Assembly: GCF_004010195.1 (NCBI RefSeq)
Contig: NC_057751.1
Coordinates: forward strand, 1,589,167 to 1,653,166
DNA: 64,000 bases
DNA from: Chiloscyllium plagiosum
Lineage: Eukaryota
Direction: 5' to 3'
Shown here piece after piece: positions 54,450 through 64,000 of the stretch. Position 1 is the first letter of the stretch, and every line of letters begins with the position of its first letter. The position numbers and the translations under genes were made by a program. The notes beneath the pieces were generated by a model. That model was given only the letters and a program-made list of their open reading frames with translations, searched no databases and was not told where the DNA came from.

Positions 54450-54683
54450 CCGCTCCCCGGGCCCGCTGCTCAGAACAAGCCTCAGGAGGAGGAGGAGGCG
54501 GCGGCGGCGGCACCAACCGCGGGTCCCCCTCCTCCTCCTGCTGCACCCCCTCCGACACGTGCCCGCCTCCCACCCCACAGGACACACGGCTCATCCCCCT
54601 CTCTCCAGCGGCAGCCCCATCCCGGGTCTCTCTCTCTCCGCACACACACACACACACGCGGCTAGCGGCTCCATCCCTGGTAC

Positions 54684-54701
54684 CTGCACATGATCCGCCA
54701 T
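54684..54701 (-). CDS. XPO7: Exportin-7 coding exon 1 (MADHVQ)
   Basis: Minus strand reads gaaaATGGCGGATCATGTGCAG|gtacca: strong Kozak context, GT donor, inside a CpG island. The peptide matches the XPO7 N-terminus as I recall it (RANBP17 starts differently). Confidence 0.93.
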
Positions 54702-54904
54702 TTTCCTCCATTCATGCTCGGCCGCGGCCACGCGCCTGCGCACTGACTCTTCCCCGCCGCTCTTGCCCACCCCAACGGCGAGCCGCCCGCCGTGCGCCTG
54801 CGCCGGACGACGGCGGCCGGCTCTCTCCCCCGACGCGCCTGCGTGAGATCACTCCTTCGATCCTCCGCCCCCGATCTGATCACGTGATCCGGCACCTTGT
54901 TGCA

Positions 54905-55200
54905 ACTTTCAACATCACACACCAGGTTATAGTCCAACAGGTTTATGTGGAAGCATCAGCTTTCGGAGCGCTGCTCCTTCATCAGGTGGTTGTGGAGAAT
55001 AAGATCGTAAGACACAGAATTTAGAGCAAAAGGTTACAGTGTGATGTAACTGAAATTATATCTTGAAGGTTACAGTGTGATGTAACTGAAATTATATCTT
55101 GAAGAAGACCTGGATTGTTTGTTAATTCTCATGTTTGTTAATGATCATGTTGGTTTCAGTTCTTTCAACGTGGTCATTCTAAAAAACGAGAGACTTAACA
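54905..55200 (-). mobile_element. PLE terminal region abutting the XPO7 promoter
   Basis: Reverse complement cacCTGATGA-A-GGAGC agc GCTCC-GAAA-GCTG (54957-54985), then aacctgttggactataacctggtgtgtgatg. Confidence 0.75.
55030..55101. repeat. Perfect 36-bp tandem duplication
   Basis: aaggttacagtgtgatgtaactgaaattatatcttg x2. Confidence 0.95.
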
Positions 55201-56148
55201 AACAAAGCACATAAACAGGGGAAAAAAAATCCAACACGTGGGTAGTATTGAAACATAAAGTATGAGAGAAACTCAGCTGGTCTGGCAGTATCTTTGGAAA
55301 GAGAGAGAAAAACAATGTTTCAGATCCATTGCCCCTTCTCCAAAACTGTTTGTGGCAGGGAAAGGGTGGGATGATATCATTGAGGTGCAGGGTGGGTCAG
55401 GAGTGGTAAACAATAGGCAGAAGTGGGTACTGCAGATGCTGGAGATTAGAGTCCAGATTAGAATGGTGCTGGAAAAGCTCAGCATGTCAGGCAGCATCCA
55501 AGGAGCAGGAGAATCGGCATTTTGGGCAAAAGCATAAAATGAAACATGAAGATAATATTTAGCTAAATGTAGATTGCTAATATCAGTACTCTGAAAATGA
55601 GAAAATTACACATGTAGGTTCTCCAACTCATGTAAGAACCAAATTTGTAAATTTGCTTTGGAGCTAGTCAGATGAAAACATCTAGTGCATTGTCATATAA
55701 CTGCCTTGTTTAAGAGTTTTGGTGATATATTAGAGTCCACCTTCACTTGCAAAGAATCCCAGAGAAACATATTTGCATATTTTTACCAGAAAGCAAAAAG
55801 CCTAGACTGTAGATGACATCAGGAAGCCCTCGTGAGGAGTAAACAATAGCTGGGAGAAGGACCCAGAGAGAACAACAGTTGGATGCACAAAACAACGGGT
55901 GAAGTGTGAGCCTGAGGGAATCACCACTTTGCAGATCACCTAAATTCTGCGTGCAACAAAAACCCCTGAGCTTCCTGTTGCCTGTCATTTCAATCCAGCA
56001 TCTCCATCCTCAGGTTTGCTATTGCTGCGGGAGCAGCACCTTATTTTTCTGCTTGGCGACAGTGCAGCTTCTTGACTCAATATTGATTATACTGCATTTG
56101 ATAGGCATGGAATGAACTGCCAAAGGAAGTAGTAGATGTAGGTACAGT

Positions 56149-56360
56149 GCTGAAAATGTGTTGCTGGAAAAGCGCAGCAGGTCAGGCAGCATCCAAGGAG
56201 CAGGAGAATCGACGTTTCGGGCATGAGCCCTTCTTCAGGAATGGCTTATGCCCGAAACGTGGATTCTCCTGCTCCTTGGATGCTGCCTGACCTGCTGCGC
56301 TTTTCCAGCAACACATTTTCAGCTCTGATCTCCAGCATCTGCAGTCCTCACTTTCTCCTC
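56149..56360. mobile_element. PLE-derived inverted dimer in a CR1 3' end; intact hammerhead core at 56211-56238 (-)
   Basis: Minus strand CTGAAGA-A-GGGCtcatGCCC-GAAA-CGTC; the plus arm is truncated within stem II. 14-bp duplication GATG(T/C)AGGTACAGT (56135-56148, 56361-56374). Host CR1 at about 56100-56530 (+). Confidence 0.9.
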
Positions 56361-57219
56361 GATGCAGGTACAGTTACAACATTTAAAAGACATTTGGACG
56401 GGTACATGAGTAGGAACATTTTAGAGGCGTATGGACCAAACACAGGCAGGTGGGACTACTTTAGTGTGGGAAATGTGATTGACGTGGACGAGTTGGACCA
56501 AAGGGTCTGTTTCTGTGCTGTATGACTCTATTAAAAATGCAGAGGTGGACATTTAATTTGCACAGAGACTGTAAAGTGCTTTGTAAAAGGAATTCTCAGG
56601 ATATAAGGATGCAACTGTTGGCCATCCTTGGCAGTGACGATGTGCTGCTGCCTTCAGTAGCTTCAGTTCTTGATGTGCACGGACACATATGGTGCTGTGA
56701 CAAAGTGAATTCCAGGGTTTTGAGCCAATGATACTGAAGGAACAGTAATGTAGTTCCAAGTCAGGATGGTGTGGGGCTCTGTTGGCTGGTGGTGCTGTCA
56801 TGCACTTGTTCTATTTATCCTTCTCGATGGGAAACAAACATCAGGCAGTTGTGTTCCATATAGTTGCCACTCTTTCAGGTTCAGGCAGTGATATGGCAGA
56901 AATCTGAGTGAGTTTCTCCAGTGCAGACTGCAATCATATCTCAGCAGTAACGGAAGGAGCTTCATCCTCAGAACAAAGGAGCAGGAGTAGGCCATTCAGC
57001 CCCTCAAGCCAGTTCCACCATTCAATGGGATCATGTCTGATCTGTGGCTGAACACCATATCTGCATTTGGCACACATTCTTTTATACCTTTGCTAAACAA
57101 AAATAAATCTACCTTGGATTTAATATGAACTGATCCAGCATCAACTGCAGTTAGTGGAAAATAGTTCTCAATCTTTCTGACCCTTTCTGTGCAGAAATGC
57201 TTCTGAACATCTCTCCTGA

Positions 57220-57805
57220 TTGAAAAGTGAAAGAACTGTGGATGCTGTAAATCAGGAACAAAACAGACATTGCTGGAAAAGCTCAGCAGGTCTGGCAGCA
57301 TCTGTGAAGAGATCTCAGAGTTAATGTTTCGGGTCCACTGACCTTTCCTCAGAACTTCTTCTGTTCTGAGGAAGGGTCCCCGTGCTGGAAAGTTAACTCT
57401 GAGATCTCTTCACAGATGCTGTGGGCAGCACGGTGGCACAGTGGTTAGCACTGCTGCCTCACAGCGCCTGAGACCCGGGTTCATTTCCCGCCTCAGGCGA
57501 CTGACTGTGTGGAGTTTGCACGTTCTCCCCGTGTCTGCGTGGGTTTCCTCCGGGTGCTCCGGTTTCCTCCCACAGTCCAAAAGATGTGCAGGGTCAGGTG
57601 AATTGGCCATGCTAAATTGCCCATAGTGTTAGGTAAGGGGTAAATGTAGGGGTATGGGTGGGTTGCGCTTCGGCGGGTCGGTGTGGACTTGTTGGGCCGA
57701 AGGGCCTGTTTCCACACTGTAATGTAGTCTAATCTAATGTAATCTAATCTAATCTAATCTAATGCTGCCAGACTTGCTGAGCTTTTCCAGCAACGTCTGT
57801 TTTTG
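57220..57805. mobile_element. PLE-derived inverted dimer split by a SINE
   Basis: Arms mirror around about 57358; 10-bp duplication TCTCTCCTGA (57210-57219, 57806-57815); hammerhead cores decayed. Confidence 0.85.
57422..57761 (+). mobile_element. HE1-type SINE, young full-length copy
   Basis: CpG-rich, complete head and central domain, (aatct)n tail; duplication ATGCTG (57416-57421, 57762-57767). Confidence 0.93.
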
Positions 57806-58467
57806 TCTCTCCTGAACGGTCTGACCCAGGTTCTCAGACTATGCCCTAAGTTCAAGAATCACCAACCTTTGGAGAAGTTTATCTTTGTTTACCCTGTCTT
57901 TTTCTGTTAAAGTGAAGACTTTGGTCAGATAAACCCCAACCTTCCACATTCGAGAGAAAAAGACCTAACTTATATAATCTTGCCTCACAAAGTCTCCCCC
58001 AAAGTCCAGGTTTCAATCTTGTAAACCTTTGTGTCATCAGGAAATTTGGTGAAATTACTTTCTAGGCCATTACACAAATCATGAATAAATACAAGCCATC
58101 CCTGGGTTGTGAACAAGTCTGTTTCCAAGTCCATTTGTACACGATTCAGAACACAATGCAGGTGAGTATAAAGTAACCATTCAAAAATGTTCATATTTCA
58201 TATCTTTAAAATTACACCCCTGCATGGGATCATGTTTGTAAGCATATATGTTTGTCAGTGAGACATTCTAAGTCAGGGCTCCCCTGTTATGTGAATAATT
58301 GAGGCCCTCATGCAGATCTCTGTGGGACACCACTTGTTACATATTGCCAATTTAAGTACCTCCCCATTATCCTTGCCACTCAACTTATTTCTCAGCTACT
58401 TCAGAAATACACCGCAATTCCATGGGCTTTAGTTAACATTATCTTATGTGAGATTTTTCTGGAAGTC

Positions 58468-58900
58468 ATATAGTCATACAGCACAGAAATGGACCCTTCG
58501 GTCCAACTCGTCCATGCTGACCAGGTTTCCCAACTAAACTCGTCCCATTTCCCTGTTTTTGGCCTGAATCCCTCTAAACATTTCCTTTTCAAATACCTGT
58601 CCAAATGTCTTGTAAATGTTTTAACTGTACCTGCATCTACCTCTGTAATCCTGAACAAGGGTTACACCCAAAGTGTTGACTTCTCCGCCTCCTGATGGTG
58701 CCTGGCTTGCTGTGTTCTTCCAGCCTCCTGCTTGTCGACCTTGGATTCCAGCATCTGCAGGTTTTTTGTCTCTACCACTTCCTCTGGCAGTCCATTTCAC
58801 ACATGAAGCACCCTCTGTGTGGAAAAAAAAGGTCCCTTTTAAATCTTTCTGCTCTCACCTTAAAAGTATGCCCCTGAGTTTGGAACTCCCCCACCCTGCG
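58468..58900 (-). mobile_element. CR1-type 3' end with a short PLE-derived insert (about 58642-58770)
   Basis: catatagtcatacagcacagaaatggacccttcggtccaac, a reversed tail; insert aatcctgaacaagggttacaccc... flanked by TCTACC. Confidence 0.78.
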
Positions 58901-61900
58901 TGGATGAGAGAAGATTGTGGAATTGTGTGGCTGTGTCCGTCATGAATGCTGAGGGGGAACGTTTGTGGTTGTGGAAAAATTTCACTGAAAGTGAAATTTA
59001 GCTTATTTTAAGGATCATTAGCTTCTTCATTCATGTGTAATCTGTGCTGATTTTCACTTGTGTCAAAATGAAGGCTGCAAGTTTGTTGGTAATTTCTGAA
59101 TTTGAATATCATTGAATATATTTTGTTATCTTGGTTTATGGCTACCCCGCAGAGTGTGTAACAATATTAGGACTGGGGAATGAATTCTTGATTAGATTTC
59201 ATTTTAATGGAGCATCTTCAAGGAAGAGAGAGTGGAGAGAGATGGAGATCTGTATAAAGAGATTTCCAAAGTTTGCCACTTGGACAATAATATCTTCCAG
59301 CAGGGGAATGTGTTAATTTCATGCAGTGTTGCATGACACAAGGTTAACTGGAAATATGTCATCACCAAGTGGTTAAATTTTTACCTGATCTGGTCAAACA
59401 ATAGTGAACACTAGTTGTTGTGAAGTTGCCTCTCTTGAGATTATCAGTAATAGTAATGAATAGTGTGGCTTCTGAAAAGCTCTGAAGTGCTCAAACAAAC
59501 TACAACAGCACTGTTTAAAATGAGGATAGATCTTTGCAATTTGAGTGATAAACGGACTGTTGTCACAGATTCACTCTGAGAGTAGTCAGTGCATGCCTGC
59601 AGGTTAGAGAAAAAGAAATTTTGGTAAATTGGAAAGAGGCTCACTTGAAAAAGAACGGGGGGGGGGGGAGCACTCCAGTTGTAATTTAGTGTCATACTGA
59701 TGTCCTGTGCATTTTAAACATTATGTTTTAATTTTGGAGCATCTAAACAACATCTACAAACATTCTCCTGCCCATGATCTTTGTCACATCTTCTACAAAT
59801 TCCCTGAGGTTTGTCGAGCATCAGCTAGCTGTCATGAGTCGACACTGACTCTTCCTGATAAACTGAACATTTTTGTAGTTCTCCTTCATTGATGAAAGAC
59901 CCCAACTATTTCCTCACCACACATGTAAGACAAACTGGTCTGTGATTCCCTGGTTTTCCAATATTTCATTCTTTTAAAAAGGAGAACGATGTGCAATTTT
60001 CCCATCCATGGGGATGACTACTGTATCTGGGGAACTCTGAGAGATGATAGTTGGGCATCTGCAGTGTGCCCCCCCCGACTTCCTTTAACACACTGGGATG
60101 GAAGCAGTCATGTCCTGGGGATTTGTCACTCTTAAGTTCCATTATTACCTCATGACTGCTGTTTTACTGAGATGATTTTTACTCAGTCACTGTTCCTAAT
60201 CTGCTGTTAATTTCCTTGGGATGTCCAGCAAGTTATCCTCCTTTTCAATTGCAAATTCAGGAACAGACAACAGGAACTTTCTGTTTTGATGAGAGAGAAT
60301 AGATGTCCAGCTGTGGGTACACGTAAAGGGAGGTAAGGAGATGCCGAAGTGAAGGACAGCAAAGCAGAGCAGACACCAGCATTGCGGATGCTGAAGATCC
60401 AAAATAACATGCTATCGACTTGTTGCTTTCTTCTTGTAGATTCAAAGCAGCCTGGTGTCTGAAATAAAGACAGAAATTGCTGGAAAAAGTCAGCAGGTCT
60501 GACAGCATTTTTGTGAGAGAAAGGCAGTGACTGTTTCAAGTCTGATATGACTCTACTTCAACCTTGAATATGGATGAAGAAAGCAACAGGTCAACAGCCC
60601 AGTGTCAGTCTAGTGTTGTGGTGGAGGGCGCATACCACACGGCCGTGTGGAAACTTGTGACCTCTGGTGCTGCTAACATAACCTTTGTGTCCAGCAATGT
60701 GAGAGAGTGTTCTATTCTTTATTCTGATCCACAGCATCAAACAGCTGGGGGCCTCACTTTGTCTGATATCAGTGAATGATATCCACTGGCTACAGCTGAA
60801 TGAAGGGTTATATTAATTTCCTGAGATCCCAATTACGTTCTGTATCACAAAGAAGAGATGCCAATATGCAGCAGCTATGTATAACAGGGTTTTCACTAGA
60901 GACACATATTTTCCTGAAATTTCCCCAAGTTGTTATGAAGGTGCATCACTCACTATAAAGCACATTCTTAAAGATGATGTTCTCCTTACTGGAACTCAAG
61001 TCATTGAGATTCATTCAGTTTTTTTATTGATCTGTTTTGCTTTCATCAAGTCACAGAAACTTACAGGTTAGAAACAAGCCATTCAGCCCATGCCATATAC
61101 TTTAAGATGAGTTTTCAGAAGTTCAAACTGATGCAGATTTGGAAAGGATGAGGAAAAAGATGACCTCTAAAATATTGGGAAAACCTGGTAAGAATCAGTG
61201 AAATCCCCTCCAAATCACACACCATCCTGACTTGGAAAAATCTCATTGTTCCTTCAATGTCATTGTCATTGGAGTTTCATCCCGAACAGAATTGTTTGTG
61301 TATCTACTCCCTAACACTGCAACAGTTCAAGAAGGCAACTCACCATCACTTTGTCCAGGCCAGCCAGGGATGTGTGATAAATGCTGGCCTGACCAGTGAT
61401 GAAAACATCCCATGAAAGAACAAAACAGACCTGGGCAGCATGCCAGGAAGACAACTGGAGCTTGGCCAGAGAGGGAGCCAGAGCCTTTTTTCACCTTCCA
61501 GACATCATTGCGTACAGAGCCCAGAAATACCACAGACAGGGGTGAGCACTCTCCAATGTCCCAAAGCCCTTCAGGTGAGTCTTCTCAGACAAAAACTGAC
61601 ACCAAACAAATTATCAACAAACTGAAAGCTTCTCAAAGAGGGAGGTCGGAAGTATGAGAGGCAGGTGGTTGAGGTTTGTGGAGGGAACCCTATTCCATGG
61701 GCATAGAAGGAAGCTCTGAGACCTTGGCAGCAGTGTTTTGAAATATCTGACTTCTATCATGCCAAGGGAAGTGTGAATCAGCCTCCCGCTTGAGCCTGCG
61801 CCTTCATATCACCATCCTTCACCTCCCTCTGTCAAATAAACAGTGGAAGAACAGTGGGATCCAAATGGGGAAGATGTGTCAAATCAGAGAGGAGAACCAA

Positions 61901-62299
61901 CACCAGGCAGAAAGATAACAATGTGGCAATTGATTAATGGACCATGATAGGAAGGGAGAGAAACAGTGGAAATCTACAAGGAAACCAACAGATGCAAAGT
62001 TATAAGAAGAATAAAAGGATTAAAGACACTAACTCTGAATTCAACAGTTTTTGAACACAACAGATGAACTGAGAGAACAACAGTATGATCTGGTATCTGA
62101 TACAGAGCTATGGCTACAGGTTGGCATGGATTTGGACATGAACCATGAAGGGTAGAGGATAGTTAGGAATGACAGGCAACTGACTCGTTGTGAAGGGATG
62201 GTTCAATTAGTTAATGGTACGAACACAACAATGAGTGATGGCATCAGCTCAGGGAAATGATACAGGCAAAAGGTTACTTGGGAGAGTGGTGTACATGCA

Positions 62300-62800
62300 C
62301 TACACCCCTCCCAATCTGTTACATTGTCCAGCCCTGAAACCCTCCCTATCACTTTCCCCTCCTCCAGCCCCAACACCTCTCCCTATCCCAGACCCAAACC
62401 TCCAACTCAGCACCGCCCTCCTGACCTGTCAATCACCTTTCCCATCTATCCGCTCCACCCTCCTCTCCAACTTACAACCGCTCCCTCACCTCATCAGTGG
62501 CGGCCTCCAAGTGAAGTGAAGCTGTTGTCTCCTGCTTTCTATTTGCATCTTTCTCCTGGATGAGGTTCCTGGGGTTTGTGGTGATGTCAGAAAATGAACA
62601 GGAAATGACATCACCACAAACCCCAGGAACCCCATCCAGGAGAAAGATATAAATTGAAAGCAGGAGACAACAGCTTCACTTCACTCCCCCAAGCCGACAA
62701 GCCTCATTCCTGATGAAGGGCTTATGCCCGAAACATTGATTCTCCTGCTCCTCAATACTGCCTGACCAGCTGTGCTTTTCCAGCACCACACTCTCCACTC
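62300..62800 (+). mobile_element. PLE 3' terminal region with an internal fold-back insert from another PLE family
   Basis: C-rich tract then ctgatgaagggcttatgcccgaaacattg (62710-62737, stem III decayed); inverted arms at about 62510-62589 / 62606-62685. Confidence 0.8.
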
Positions 62801-63069
62801 CAAATACTTTGTCTCAAGCAACTCAGAAAGCACCAAGAGGAAGGTAGTGCCAGGGATTTGATGGGGAATTGTGTTTGGCCAACAAGATCCCAGGCTACAT
62901 CTGGAGGGACTGTGGGAGACATAGCAGTAAGTGGAAAAGCCAGGATGCCTGACCAGACCCCAGCACTTGAGTATTGTCACAGCCTGAGGGGAAACAAGCA
63001 AGTCAAGCCCAACTATTCCACAAGCTGTCAGTAACATCAAAATAACCCACTGAATCACAAAGATGGCAA

Positions 63070-63320
63070 ATCTGTCTCAGATAAAGATAACTTCAGCAGT
63101 GGGTAAGTTGTTGGAGAGGATTCTGAGGGACAGGTTTTACATGGATTTCGAAACGTAAGGACTGATTTAGAATAGTCAGCATGGGTTTGGGTGTGGGAAA
63201 CCATGTTCCACAACAAAGTGACCAAGAGCATCGGTGAGGGCAGAGCAGTCCACATGGACTTTAGCAAGGCGTTCAACGAGGTTCTACATGGTAGACTGGT
63301 TTGTAAGGTTAGAACATGAC
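63070..63320 (+). mobile_element. CR1-type RT fragment
   Basis: gtgggtaagttgttggagaggattctgagggacagg...atggactttagcaaggcgttc (MDFSKAF). Confidence 0.8.
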
Positions 63321-63745
63321 TTGGTACGGTAACTGCTTCACCTAAGAAAGGGCAGAGAGTTTTGAACACAGCCCAGACCATCAGGCAAGCCAACTTTCCA
63401 TCCTCGGAAAGGCAGCCAATATCATCAAGGACCCCTTCTATTCCCAGTTATCATCTCTTCCAACCTCTTCTGTCAGACAGAAGATACAACAGCTTAAACA
63501 CACATACCGACAGATTCAAGAGCAGCTTCTTCCCCGTTGTTATTAGAATGGACCTCTCAAACTCTCAATTTAATGTTGATCTTGTTGTTTGCACACCTTC
63601 TCCCCAGCCGTCACATTGTATTCTTGGCTCTGTTCTATTACTCTCATACACTTTGAATGGTATAATAAGGTGTGCCTGTACTGCACACAAAAGAAAACTT
63701 TTCACTGAATCAAGGTGCATATGCGAACAATAAATCAAATCTAGT
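63321..63745 (+). mobile_element. Rex1/Babar-type LINE 3' end
   Basis: WYGNC...NTAQTI...HLFQPLLSDRRYNSLNTHTDRFKSSFFPVVIR, then a 3' UTR ending caataaatcaaatc. Confidence 0.75.
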
Positions 63746-64000
63746 CATGCCTAGGTGCTCCTCACTGCAACCCAGCTCCACAGACTGGGATGTGTTCCTC
63801 ATGTGCCTTACACCAGACTTACTGCTCCATCTGGAAAACCGCCATGGCAAGAGATTCCCAAGGTGACAGAGAAAACACCTCAGGAATGTCCTAAAGCCTT
63901 CCTGAACAGGCCATCATCTCCTCTGCCTCGTGTGGGAGTCTCTGGCTTCTGCCCATTGAAGAGTTGGCAGAAGATTCATTCGATGGCACATCGGGAAACC

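Larger units (their letters stand above)
54330..54895. promoter_or_regulatory. CpG island / XPO7 promoter and first-exon region
   Basis: The only strongly GC- and CpG-rich stretch in the window. It contains NRF1-like GCGCCTGCGC motifs (about 54731, 54793, and a near match at 54834), a GC box CTCCGCCCC (54863-54871), a palindromic E-box GATCACGTGATC (54878-54889) and a YY1-type CCGCCATTTT overlapping the ATG (54695-54704). Confidence 0.85.
56975..58030 (-). mobile_element. CR1-type LINE 3' fragment hosting nested insertions
   Basis: ggagcaggagtaggccattcagcccctcaagcc, a reversed 3' UTR; the element resumes after 57806. Confidence 0.8.

Noticed and set aside
10782..54701. Assignment to the paralog RANBP17
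   Set aside because: The N-terminus MADHVQSLAQLE and motifs such as [16 protein letters not shown] and LATRPKLA match XPO7 as I recall it, not RANBP17.
53921..54937. Pro/Ala/Gly-rich ORFs over the CpG island
   Set aside because: Stop-poor GC-rich and microsatellite sequence with no recognisable domain; only the 18-nt exon 1 is supported.
55030..55104. CRISPR-like 36-bp repeats
   Set aside because: Two directly abutting copies with no spacer, in eukaryotic DNA; a simple tandem duplication.
57422..57500. tRNA gene
   Set aside because: It is the tRNA-derived head of a SINE, continuing into the central domain and LINE-like tail; the same applies to the other HE1 copies.

Overview
Eukaryotic, repeat-dense vertebrate DNA. 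The HE1-type SINEs and CR1/HER1-type LINEs point to a shark (inference). The only host gene I can support is the 5' part of exportin-7 (XPO7) on the minus strand. It has a CpG-island promoter at about 54.3-54.9 kb and seven coding exons (54701 down to 10782; 18+147+94+167+66+105+166 nt, all GT-AG and in frame, MADHVQSLAQLE...IPTSWRS). I found no exon 8, so the gene probably continues beyond coordinate 1. The rest is largely retroelements: CR1-type LINEs (two of 2.4-3.2 kb), HE1 SINEs, a Rex1/Babar fragment, and several families of Penelope-like elements (PLEs) with short derivatives. The most notable pattern is that at least four PLE-derived families carry a minimal hammerhead-ribozyme core (CTGAnGA-N-stem II-GAAA-palindromic stem III-cleavage triplet). 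Many are inserted as short fold-back (inverted) dimers with target-site duplications. Inside XPO7 introns the cleanest cores are antisense to the pre-mRNA, while the sense copies carry lesions. Other points: two out-of-frame uATGs just before the XPO7 start, a tandem in-frame 5' splice site at exon 5, a 144-bp inverted repeat in intron 1, and multi-level nested insertions. No databases were searched; family names and homology come from recognition and recall.
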